Shown piece by piece: positions 1-12,900 of a stretch of 64,000 nt of DNA (within the stretch, counting starts at the first letter, position 1; each line of letters opens with the position of its first letter). The DNA lies in the NCBI GenBank assembly GCA_051362555.1, contig CM120640.1, forward strand, positions 20,522,001 through 20,586,000, in the 5' to 3' direction. Below the pieces are notes generated by a model. The model was given only the letters and a program-made list of their open reading frames with translations, did no database searches and was not told where the DNA came from. The position numbers and the translations under genes were made by a program. This stretch comes from Lingula anatina. Lineage: Eukaryota; Animalia; Brachiopoda.

Positions 1-3000
1 ATCCAAGATGTAATTAAGAACATACCCCTGAAACATAAAAGTAAATTCGTGAACTAGATCGAATAACTGTGTAATACAGAAAAAAGAAAAAATCTCTTTT
101 AAAAACACTGTAAATAAAAAAACCACTTCATTGCAGCTACTAGAGCATTTCAATTGCATTTGATCAATTAGGATTCGACCTGTACAATGTAGAAGAAAAG
201 AGGAAACCAAGTCAATGATTAAAATAATATAAGTTTTATAAACGCGCATCCAATCATTAAGTAACGTGATATTACACGCCGAGGTTTATTGCATTGAATT
301 ACAAATTGGCACCAAAATAGAATTGTATATAACAATGTATATATAGAAGCACCGTAGATACATGTAATTGCCGATTTCAATTCGGGATCTCTTTACCGAA
401 AAAAAAAAAAAAAACACGATTTGATATCGCGTACGGAGATCTTGGACCCATTATAATAGGTACAAGCAGAAATAAACTCCCTCTCTCCCCAGCTCCACCA
501 GTTCAAGTTACCTAACTAGACCTGTCACTGTAGTCGTATGTTAACTTATTAGTCCGTTTTAACAGCGTAGAGGGAAATAATTAGCAAGAAATACTCCACC
601 AAAAGGATTTTGATGGAGCTTGCGATACTTAACCCGAAATGTATAATGTCATTATATCAGTTAATTATTAATATTACACGTTTTTTATAACAGACAATCA
701 CGGACCCATCTCGTATTACTCGGAAAGGAAAAGATATAATTAAATAATAACTTTTCGTTTGTTCCATAGCATCATGTTGTAAAGTTGATTCTTCAGACTC
801 CCAAATGTGTCCAATAAAAACGCATGTCTACAGTATGTCTTTTCAGCATTTTATCAAACTTTCACAATTTTTCCAGATCTATAACTTTGCTTTACCCATG
901 ATCACATCTCTACCTTTCATTGACCCTGTGTCTTATGCCATTCCATTAGTAGTTGTATGGAGTGGTAACATAAAATCAATTTTTGATGTAAGATTTTACT
1001 TTTCCGTAATACTTCATATCCATGAAGCACTGTGGTGCCCAGTTTATATACTTTGGCAGCTAAATCGTTTTACCAAGCACTGACACACCGACACGAGAAA
1101 GGTTGATCAAACAAGAAATAGGCTTGATTTATGGAAGATTTGATGACAAGGGCAATGTTCGCGACAAGTTCAAATTAGGATCACTCCTGATTTCCAATCA
1201 CATAAATGTGACTTGATTATCCGGAGCACAATTCCTTTTACCGACACAGCAACAATGAATATAACAATACACGCCCTAGTCTAAACCCGATCTCCCTTTT
1301 CATTGTACAGTTTGGCTAAACTGAGCTACTCATTTCTTCATTGCACGCTTGTCAAAGCTAAACGTTAAAACCTAATTCCTCAAATGTTCGCAAAAGCTTT
1401 TTTTGCTTTCAATTTAAGACTTATCAACACGACGCCGTTATTACGCAAAAAAAGTATTGTTCGTTGAGGAAGAATTCGATACCCAATCGTCTGACGTTGA
1501 CATCCGGCCGCCGCCCTGCATATTTATCAACAAATATAAGATCACGCATTGTGTTCGCCTGAAAGAATACTACACATGAGAACACCCAATAAAGTTAGAA
1601 TTCAGGACGTCACACTGCTAGGTCCAGGGTATTCAAAACTAAAGTATATCTGACTGGGCGATACAAGTGAAGGCTCAGCGTGTGAAGAGCCTGTTCGCGC
1701 ACTTGGCTGGCTGTTTATAGATTGATCTCTAGATCACGGGACGAGGGATTTACAGATGGTTTTAGTCACTACAATATGTACGACTTGAATTAGCACTGAT
1801 AATCACAGACAGCACTTGATACCAGTTGCAGTGGCAGTGATAACGTTGTATTTGGACGGCCTGATACAATAACATTGTTGAGAGGTGAGTTGGGCAGATT
1901 TGTTAACTTGACAAACTTCAGCAAAGAGGGAAAACTTGATTATAGACACAATATACTGACAGCAATTTCCTGTGATACTTAGTGATCTATAATGAATGGA
2001 TCCATTCTATGCGCGGGGCCGGGCCACCCAATCCAGTAGGCTGCAAGCACAGGGTACATGTGTAAGTAAAACCATCACAGGACATGAGAAGATTTAAATC
2101 AAAATATGAGAAAGAGTGTTGTAGTAAAGGCATCTAGCTACACTGTAAATCAGATCGTCCCAGCAAAACAAAATATACGAAAGAGTGCAATAGTCGAACA
2201 CATAGCTAAATTAGTTCGATTCCTGTCTGTCCCAGAAAAAGAATATTTGCAAAGCACGTGGAATTGTAGCTTATAAGTATCAATATTTAAGTATTAAAAT
2301 TGATATTGTCACTAAATTTTCAAACAGTTCTATTATTTTTTTTATTGACAGGCTTGTCTTTTCGCTTTGTATTTGACATTAAATTGTGCCCTTTTTAATG
2401 AATTTTGGAGGGCTTTGTAACGTGAAATGCCCAATGGCAACATTTTAATATTAAAATATTAATTCCCAGGTGTGGCTAACTATTCTCAAACACAGTGGGC
2501 TAGATTTGGATACATTTAGTATTTCGTTATGTATGGTTTTTGTGACGCAAACATTTATCATATCTTAGTTTGATAACATACTGCTCTATTTTAGAATCAT
2601 GCTAATGCTCGATAAAGATAAAGTTTATATCCGCTGCCAGTTAAGAATTAACACGTTTGAAGTCATTGTTACCCTGGTTATTTCTCAATGTTCTTTCATT
2701 CTTTTAAACAGTTTAGTTAACAGTTTAATTAAAATTCACGATAAGTTCCTAAAATTACATAACGTTTAAGTTAAAAGGGTGCGTTGGACCTTGCCATCTC
2801 TTTTTGCTACCCTGGATTTTCAAAAAAAAAAAAAGTGCTCCTTGCACGCCTACACAATATATATAATGTGTATTGTGCTACCGTGTGTGATTCACTCCCA
2901 GTGAGTTTGATAATAACAAGTCTAAGTCAAAATTAGTCAATATTTTATAGTCACTAGATTAGATGTTTTCTAGATAGAATAATGAGAGGCATTCTGCTAA

Positions 3001-5639
3001 TATACAAACAATGTGTCTGTGTCTGGATCTGTATTCCCATTGTTGCCAAATTTACTTATTTATGGTTTTATATATACTGGTTACTAATTTGTATCTATGC
3101 ATTCTCTCCTGTTGATATAACGTGTGATATAACGCATTTCAACAATGACTAGCCACATGCATTTCTATATCATGCTGCTTTTAGTGGGACGGATTAGACA
3201 ACGTTTATTTACCTTTTTATTTTTTTTTAGCAAAGCTTTCTTTTTTTTTGTTTTTTTGCATCTCTGTGAAAACTTTAATGTAAGCGTTACCTCGTTGTTT
3301 GCTTATCATTATACAAGAAACGTATACACTAAATCGACTAATTTGAAAAAGTCACAATATATTGTACTGGTATACGAGTTAAGGAGTAGACGTTCTTTTC
3401 TTCCGTGTGAAAATATCGATTCGATTAAAAGCCATCAAAATGACAAATGGCTCATGTAAAAAACACACATTATGTGCAAACAAGCCTACTTTTAATGATA
3501 GCCCTGCGAGTGAAACTATTGATAACGATATACACAAAATAAGACGTTTACTTGTTATAAAAAGAGCTATCTACTCGAACCCTATATGCTGTCACGCGAA
3601 CTGGTCAAGCTTAATCTTGATTCCAGAGTGGTCGAAATGCGACTCTTCACGCCAGGATCTTGATAGTGGACATGATCTACAACAAAAAAGGTGGCATGAA
3701 TGATTAGTCACAGTATGTGTAGCACTGGACACTAACGCGACACGCACGAAGTATTTTAATATCATAAAGCTTTCCATCAACACGTGAACTTTTGCCATGT
3801 AATATTTAAGTAACATGACTCCCTATGTAAGCTGGTGGGAAACACATCCTTGAGGTCCAACAATGGCATGTTTGAAGAATCCACATAAAGCCCAAGACAT
3901 AAAGTAAATATGAGGTGAAGTTATTTCATTCTTTTTGCTTTACGTCCTCTAGGGCGTGTGATATTTCTCCAGGACAGAGGTAGGTATAGAGGTCTCGATT
4001 TTCTTGACGACCTTCATTTCACGGACTTCTAACGCCATTGACAAGATGTCATTTTGTCTTGGTTTCACCGCTGTCACGTGCATTTTATTACTTAAAAGAT
4101 CCTTTAATTCTCCTGTGTGGATCGGCATTTGCAATTGCAATTTTATGAAAGCTGCGTCACGTTTTTTCTTAATGATAAAGTTGGTACAGTCTGAGAAGAT
4201 ATCTTGCCTGTAAACAATCCCATAAACGCCACTGGCACGCCGGTACGCTGGTACACCGAAGAACGAATTTTGATCTTCTCTCACAAATATGTAATAGGAG
4301 AAAAGTCCTCAACATCGATGTACAAATTTGATGTTGACTATCAAATATTGTCTCAGCCCCAACTTTAAAGGGGATGCGAGTGGGCGAAATTTCGTTTTCC
4401 AAACAGTCGCAAGCCTGCAGGGACCTTCACTGGGTCATGTTTTACATGTACGTGCAAATCAGTGTGAAAGCTACAGTTATTTCAGGTTCAACTTTTACAA
4501 AATCTATCATTGCAACTTACAATTTACGAGTTTATTTCTTACTTGACTAGAATTGATCAAAATAAACATAAGTTGGCAAGATAACAGGAGTTTTCTCATC
4601 TGCTTGCGTACCACGATGCACTGTTCGTGCTGCAATGTGCTTTAATAATTTAAGTTCTGAAGTGTCAAGAAATCATTTGAAAACCATTGAACTTCGAGAT
4701 GAGAAACATATGTCTTTGAACCAAAGTTGCTCTGTATTCATATCAAAAGAAGAGTAATTATGTGACGAGTTTGACAAAGGCATTCACTTTCTCCTTTCGA
4801 TTGTCACTTGAAGTGCGCTCGAACTGATTCATTCAAATTCCTCAGTTTGAATACCGGGGTCCTTTACATGAAGTGCTGAACAAGCACTCGCAATCTCGAT
4901 ACCAATAACAAACGGATTTGGTGCAACGAGTTCGTTTCTTAAATGACAAATCATAACCGTGTTTAAATGCACTCGGACTAACCGAACAATTCATATAACA
5001 TTTTTAAATATTATACTCATGTCTTTACCTCAGAATGAAATGAAACACTAGCACATCATTGATTTGCTTCATATGTATATCCTTTGTAAGGGTAAATATG
5101 TTTTGCGGATTAAATTAGATGTTTTGCTAAGTCCCTTTCTAGTCTGTGGTGCGTTTCTAGGTTTTACTGAAGTACAAACTAAGCGTCATATTCTGATATT
5201 TTCCAACACCAGGTGTATGATTTTAACACCCCTAGATAACTGAGAAATGAGAAAGACAGATATGAGAATTTCTTAAGAGAAAGTAAAGCATACACTGTTA
5301 AAACTCTATCTTCCTTCCTCCATAACTCCACCCTCACCCCCCCCCCCCCCCGCGCTCTTCATATAATAATGATAATAGCGCGCTGTTCACAATTATTATT
5401 ACATATTAATCCTTAAATAATTAAGATTTATTTTAAACTCATAAAAAGAAATAAGAGCTAAATGAGGCATAACAAGGACCACAAGATACTTTAAGCAAAA
5501 AGCAGGGGCCTACTTTAATTTTTCTTGAAACTTACAAAAGAACTAACGTACATGTACTTGCCGTTGAAAGCGGTGTTTGTCTCATTGACTATGATTCTAT
5601 CATACATGTATTAATACTATTGTTCAGGCTAGGATCCTT

Positions 5640-5860
5640 TAAAAATCTGAAGGCGAGTAACTTTCTGATTTTGTTTACTATCACTTGAGATACAGGTTGC
5701 CAATGTAGATCATGGAGAACTGGTGTGATGTGATGAAAATTGTGAGTTCTACGAAGGAGGCGTGCTGCTGAATTTAAAGACGTTTTACAAGTTGATACTT
5801 CAGGTACTCCAAACAAGAGGTTATTTTACTCTTCGAGTCTAGAAGTCAAATTCATTCGCA
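5640..5860 (-). mobile_element. Degenerate non-LTR retrotransposon (L2/CR1-type LINE) ORF2 C-terminal fragment
   Basis: Minus-strand translation SRLEE*NNLLFGVP...LNSAARLLRRTHNFHHITPVLHDLHWQPV...KLLAFRFL matches the well-known post-RT segment of L2/CR1/Crack ORF2 (SRLDYCNSLL.GLP...QNAAARL...HITPVL..LHWLPV); contains an in-frame stop. Confidence 0.8.
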
Positions 5861-6971
5861 CAAGCCGCCATGGCTTTTTCATCACCGTGTTATCAAATTC
5901 GATACCATCCCTCTTCCTCCCCTTCAACTTGATAACCCTCAACGTCCCCAAACATACTGATTAAAAAAATCTACATCACGCTTTCAAAATTTAAACCCAC
6001 GTTTTCCCGTCTATTCTATTTATATTATTTGTGTTGTCACGCTGCTTTTATCCTGTGGAGTATACCTGAAGCTTTATTGACAAACGTATGGATGACTTCA
6101 CTGTCAGATTCAACTTGAATGCATTTAAGTAATATCGGAAGTGAGAGGAAATGAGTAATAAGCTTTGTTGGTTATAAGAGAAAAGGTTTTTCATTGCGTA
6201 ACATGAGAAATCCTAGGAAGAAACTATCTGACACTTGGGGTGTGAACGGACGACTGTAGTCTGGGATATTCCTCACGAAATCGTTAATTCAAATTGAAAT
6301 TGATCAGAGAAGCGTTGTATCTGAAATACTGTTTGCTGAAGGGATAATATGTGCGATTTAAGTCATAAAGTTACAGCTGGAGACGTGGAAAAAAATCACT
6401 CAGACGCAGTCAATTCAGATTCCCCTCCATTAAACCGAGGTTGTTTAAATACTGGATGTCCCATTACGGATTGCATGACAATCGCTAACCTTAATTTCAG
6501 GATTTTTCTGTCGATTAACGCTGCAAACAAAGCAGATTACACTGCCTAGTGACCATTCATCTTCTGTTTACTTACAGATAATGATGGAGCTCAATCCATT
6601 CCTCATATCTTCCTGTAAGTGAGCCAGCCATCAGTAGTGAACCGTAGTTCAAGAATAATTGTGTGAAAAGACGAAGGGTAACTGTGTGAAAAGACGAAGG
6701 ATAGCTGTTTATTTTTTTAACGAAGGATAACCCGTGACACAGTTACAAGGATCTAAACATGATGTAGGTGCCAGTCAACTGCTGACATGTTTAAGTAACA
6801 AGGAAGATGAAATATGATATTGATATCCAATTTCAGTGTGTGCATTCAAAACCAGGATTTAGCCATTGGAGATAAGTGCTACACTTAGATAGCAGTTTTG
6901 GGATTAAGAGATCTGTGATTTTATTTAGATTTGATACAGCGAGAGTATACTTCGACAAAGTCCATCGGGAA

Positions 6972-9900
6972 ATGTATCAATCAAAACAAAAACTCCTTTA
7001 CTGGAAGATGTTAGCCCTGGAACTTGGATGTATTTTCGTTTTGTTCCAAACTGGGATTCGGAGGGTTGAAGGAGCCGCCTTCGTGCCGCCGACTCAGCCT
7101 ACAGGGCCCTGCACAATAGTAGGGGAGGGTTCTGCCACGGTCATCGCAGATTGCCAGGCAAAAAATATAATTGATCTCCGTGATATTCTGGTAGGAGACG
7201 TTCCCTTGATACCAAGAGAAACGAATATACTGTAAGTAACATGCATATACATGTATAACTGACAGCGATTCGTTCTCAGCCACAATCAACCTTAGCTGAT
7301 TTTTTATGTTTCCTAAAACTTGGCAATCGACTAGAGGGTCCAATGACTGCCCCTATCGACTCTGAGTATTTAAATATATTAAATTTTATTTTGATATAAA
7401 AGGAGAAGAATGTTAATGTGTATGTCTTTTTTCCTTGCCTCAGATTACTTAGTTACAACAAGTTTACCGAAGTGCCAGCAGGAATATTTCGAAATCTCAC
7501 GAATCTAAGATCACTGTAAGTATATCCTTTTTTAGCACAAAAACTTCTGAAGTCTACTGCAAAATTATTGTATCGTTTATACTTTAATTTTGTATACTAT
7601 ATCTTAGAGTCCCTTAATATCAAAAGGTAGTGGGTATAAATGGAATGTGACTGAAAATGACTGTCAGATCCTTCATAGTTTAAAATCACTTCAAAGAAAG
7701 CACTCTGCGTTTTACGACGTTCTTCTTCAAGGTACACCCTTACTGTTTTAGTGCAGAGATGTACTGGTACGTTTCAGATTCTGTATGTTTCTGAAGGGAG
7801 GCGACGTTCAAGCCAATTTTGGAATGCGTTATGAAGGGTGGGGGGTTTCATTAGGACATAGAAATTTCAAGCGAGGGTGGAATAATTTAATACCAAATTT
7901 TTAGAGTCTTAGAATTTTAACTAACATCTTCGTTGTTGCCAGTATCAATTATGAACGTTTGTTTTCATAAAACTATGATATTCATGTTGGGAAGTCTGTG
8001 TGGGAGAAAAAAAACAACATTCTGGGATAACAATCTAATATAATGGTCGCAATAAAGTCCGTGTGAACAGTGATGAAAAGGACTTGACATTGATAGTATG
8101 GATGATATTGGACATGCTATCTTACACTGTAAGGGTGTTATTACGAGTACAGATTGTTAAGACTAAAAATACATTTTAACTTACTGGACGGACATTTTAA
8201 AATATGCGCAGGATATCCATTTAACATCAAAAATAAAATATATTTAAGGCTCGACTGTCATCACTATTTATATGCTTCTACTTGTATTGACAAAACATTC
8301 ACTGATAACTTTGCTGTTTTCAGTTACATGCAGTTGAACAATCCTCCAATAGAGTGGATCGAAGAGAGAGCATTCGAAGGATTACACAGATTAGTTACTC
8401 TGTAAGGCTAATAGACTTTATTCTAAACTTTGTTTTTAACTGCCGTTGTGGAGGCGCTCCATATACAACTGAAATGAAATGAGACACATCTTAAAACACG
8501 ATTTTCTTTTCTTACTTTTTACCTTAGCCTACTTACAAGGAAAAAACAAACAATCAAAGAAGTCCAGGACATTTATATATAAGGGCGTTATTTTTGAAAA
8601 GCTATAAATGAAATTAATTACAACAGCTCAATAAGGAAATTGTTCAAGCTTTTTGCCTTTTGTTTAATTTTCAGGTCAATCCATTCCAATGTAGTGGAAA
8701 AAATCCACCGAGACACATTTTACGGTCTATCGGCAGTGGCCAATTTGTAAGTAAGGTTAAATGATATATGTACACGGTAAATTTTCATGTATTTGCTAAT
8801 GATATGTCAAGTACTTCAGACTATTAAATAGGTAATATATTGCAACTGTAACTATAATGACTCCAACGAGTATAAATATCTGCAGTGTTGTTGCAATGTA
8901 TGTGCGTACTCTTGTTAGAACATGAAATCTTTGGTTATATATCTAACTGTTTTTTTCCCTAGGACATTAAATCCTATCCAATCGTTTGCTCCGGATGCAT
9001 TTATCCACACCCCAAGATTAACAAATCTGTAAGTAATTCATTTATTCGTGGACAGTATACAGGCCTTAATTGTTATTCTCCATGTTCATACACGTACATG
9101 TACATGTACATGTTCAAATGACAACAAAAAAAGTAAAATTTAATTGTGCTTAAGATGAAAGGAAAGCATGTATTACCATGAACCAAGGAGTTATAACTCC
9201 TTGCATGAACAGACTCAAACCATCAACTGCAGACAACTGGTGGAAAATCTACCGTGCAATGACTCGGCCTAATTATTTTAAAATGAAATCGAAAGCGAGT
9301 TAGTTTGTATCGGTTGCAATTTGTGTTCATTTTGACATGTCTGACCAGTGAGCTTTACCAGTGCGGTCCAAAAAGCAGCCTTTAAAAGAACGATATAATT
9401 TGCGTATAAAACACTAAACAGACTCAATAAGAAAGGCAGGAACAAGATGCAGGTTAAAGATAGGGTTAATTTTGTACACTTGACTTTTGAAGGGCTTCTT
9501 ATTCGCTGAAGTGCAAAAATATGAAAGCAAAAAGGAGCATCAACATTGGTGCCTAGGTCTAGATAATATATAGATTACCCCTGTTGGTGCCTGTACATCT
9601 AGTACATTTAGATGTACTTAACAGTAGTTTGTAGTATGCAGCAATCCTTAATACACGTGGGTCTTTGACTTCTGTTTGTTTTATTTGTCAACTTTTATCA
9701 ATGTCTCTGCTAGTGACATAAATTAGTTTTATTATTGACTTTCTTTTCTTTTTTTTTATGTTCACCCCTGAAATTTCCTCAGATCTCAATATGTGAATAC
9801 ACTTGGACCAAGGAATTGTACCTTCTTGGTTGAACTTAGTGACTTGTCTTGAGAAATCGGTGGCTTGAGAAACCATGTGCTCTTTATTCTGTCTGTACTA

Positions 9901-12900
9901 GTACTAACTCCAGTGCATAATTGATGATGTAAAATCTACATATAATATATATATAAGATACTGGGTATATGACACACAACGTGTAAAGTCTTATTACTAC
10001 ATTACACTAAGTTGAAGTTTAATTTTCTTGTAAAAAGATAAAATCCATTAACTAAATGCCAGACTAGTTTATTTAAATAATAGACATTGATCAAAGTCAC
10101 CACATGGCTGAGCAAAGAAGAAAAAAAAAAAAAATTAAAGTCTAAGATGGGAGGTGGGAGAGGAGGCATATTCTAGTACTGGTGGTGTAGTTCATGTTAG
10201 TACCAGCATTGGTATATGGTATATGTCTAATTAATGGGTTTTCTTCCTGTTCCCTTAGCCAAATCCTGGACCTGCCATTGCCTTATGATATACATCGATT
10301 TACATACAGTTCAATTAATGAATCAATTATACTTAATTACAGAGATCTGACCATGAGCTGCACACTTCCATCAGTTGGTGTGTACAAATTCCTCCTACAG
10401 AGACCTTCTCAAGTGCATATTATAGGCAGCATTCAGTGCACACAAGGGGGAAATCTAAGGCAGGCTCTCCAAGCATTAGGAGTTGACCCAGGTTTGAGGG
10501 CTGTTTGTTTGTCTGAAATTTTGGTAATGGAACACATGGATTTTGTGTGCTATAAAAGCAGACCTGTATGCAGGCCTGTAACTGGAGCGAGGGGAGTGAA
10601 ATTTTTGTGGGAAAAGATACACTTTTACAGAAAAAGAACTCCCCCCTTTGAAATTTCTGGCTATATGGGTATTGACAAAGCCCATGTGATTATATGCACC
10701 TCCTAAAACATTCTACTTATATCAAAATCACAGCTTTGTGAGCATTTACTTTTGTGTCCCATCATAACGTTTGTTGTATAGTGGTTATTGCGACTAGTGC
10801 ACATTGCAGAGAAGAAACACAACACTTTTAAAATGTTCAATCATTAGCTAAAGATAGCTTTTTTTTGGATAATGCCCTATACATGACACTTTTTGTTGCA
10901 GTTGCGGTTGTACCAGATAGTATATTGTTATTCTCAGGAGAATGACATTGCAACTGCAAAGAAAGTTCAGTTGTGTTTTTAAAAATTTTCAGACCTGCCA
11001 GCCAGTAACATGTGCTACACTTGCACTAATGTTGATGATTACCGAGACTGTGAACAGCCCCAAAGTTGCAGGACAGGATTTGTAAGTATTTACCTATTTA
11101 GATATACTGTCAACCTGAACATTGCTGTACAGTTTTCAGGTAATCTATGGGATGGCTATATTGCTATATTCTTCAGTATTGCTTAATAACCATCTTTGTA
11201 TGTATATTTATATATATATATAATGTAATTTAATCCATTTTCAAATTAATAATTAAATATATGGTAGCATGATGGTTTCAAATTCTCTCTGATGGTAATT
11301 ATTGTAACATATTTAATGCAAGGTTTATATGAATGGAATTTTTGCAAAATGCCAAAAATAATTTTAAGTTAAAAAGAATTAAGAAACCTTTTTACTATGA
11401 ATTATTGGGCCAGGCACAGTAAAATGGTATATGCAGTAATGCTTTTGTGACCCTTGCTTTTGAGATGTTGGATAGACTCCTAGCACTATACATAGTACAT
11501 GTAAAGGTGTATGTGCACCTTATTATTTCAGAATTCTTGTGGAAGTTTTTTTAATCAAACGAAAAGTGGTCTTAGAATTACCAAGGGATGCATGAATTTG
11601 GATGCATGTATGAACCGGACAGCAAGAATGAATCCAGCCAGGTGCTATGAAGAGAATTCCACCTTTGCCTGTTCCACCTGCTGTCTTGGAGATAACTGTA
11701 ATAGTTTAGGACAGTCTAATAGAACAGGCATGTATCAAACATTATGGTCTTGTAAGCCCGTTGTATCCATTTATTTTTATTTACTTATTTGGAGGGTGGA
11801 TGCTGACACAATAGATTTTTACTGTATTTTCATTTATTAAATCCAAAGTCATAGTTTGTTATGAAATCGTTGACACATTTGCCAAAGAAAGTTTTATTTT
11901 TTTTCAAGATTTTCTTAGGATTAATACAATCAAAGTAGAATAGTCATTTAGACTCCATAAACAGTAAAAAGGGACAAAAAATATAAAAAAAGTTTTGCCT
12001 AAAAGTAACGGTACATTACATGTAGTTTTGCTGGCCATATAGATTGTCTGTATTTCCTAACTGGAAAGATGGGGGAAGGGAGTGGACAAACCATTTTTTC
12101 CAGATATTTAGAAAATATCTAAATATTTTTGAGAGTTGAGAGTAGGCCACACCTGATTCAGGAATGGCTTGTTACAAGGTTGCATTCTCAAACCACTCTT
12201 AACAACTTAACTGTACAATGCAAAGGGTTCCAAGACTGACAGTGTAGAGTAAGTTCTTTTTGTTTTATTTTTCTTTGATGATTGTTACAGAACAGTCTGT
12301 ACATTTGGTCAGGTGTGGGAGTCTAGTCTTGGTGCTAGAGCAGGAGCTGGAGCTGTTTTAACAGCTAAGATATATTAAAACAATTCTTGTTTTGATTTTC
12401 AGAGGTACAGCGCAATTTTAACATACTGTTTACCCATGACATCTCTCCATCCTCACCAGCATACCAGACTCTTTGGCCTATATTCCACACCAAGGTATGT
12501 AGTGCAAATTAGAATTTTGTTGAGGTAACCTTTTTCAAAAGATACTGGTATCTGTAATTTCTGTGACTTGCAAGTCTGTTGTTTCACAAGCTTATAACAT
12601 TGCAGATTTTTTTTTAATGAGAAAGAAATTGTTTTTCAGTTAGAGAAAGTTTTGCATGAAGTAATACCTGGAAGACATGAAATTGAAATTGTATCCATAA
12701 AACCAAGGTAGGTTATTTTTTATTTCATGTATCTGTACATGCACAAAAATGGTCTGATTATAAATGCAGTCAGAGAAAAATGAGGGTAAACTACAGAATG
12801 AATTGGTAATTATTTTTTGAAATTTTTTCTTGTTTTGGTGCAATATTTTGGAAAGGACTTACTCTTGCTATGAGTTAATGGAAATAAGGGCATGTGTGGA

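Noticed and set aside
3592-4546. Cluster of short ORFs in a CpG-richer stretch, possibly decayed coding sequence
   Set aside because: No motif I can recognise and no consistent frame or splice structure; a tblastx/HMM search would be needed.
9783-9859. Additional LRR exon of the GPCR
   Set aside because: In-frame stop before a usable donor; exon 9028 joins 10343 in frame without it.
10570-10670. Extension of the GPCR exon in ORF 10194-10706
   Set aside because: Coding part ends at the 10491 donor; the rest resembles a degenerate short MITE and is too decayed to call.
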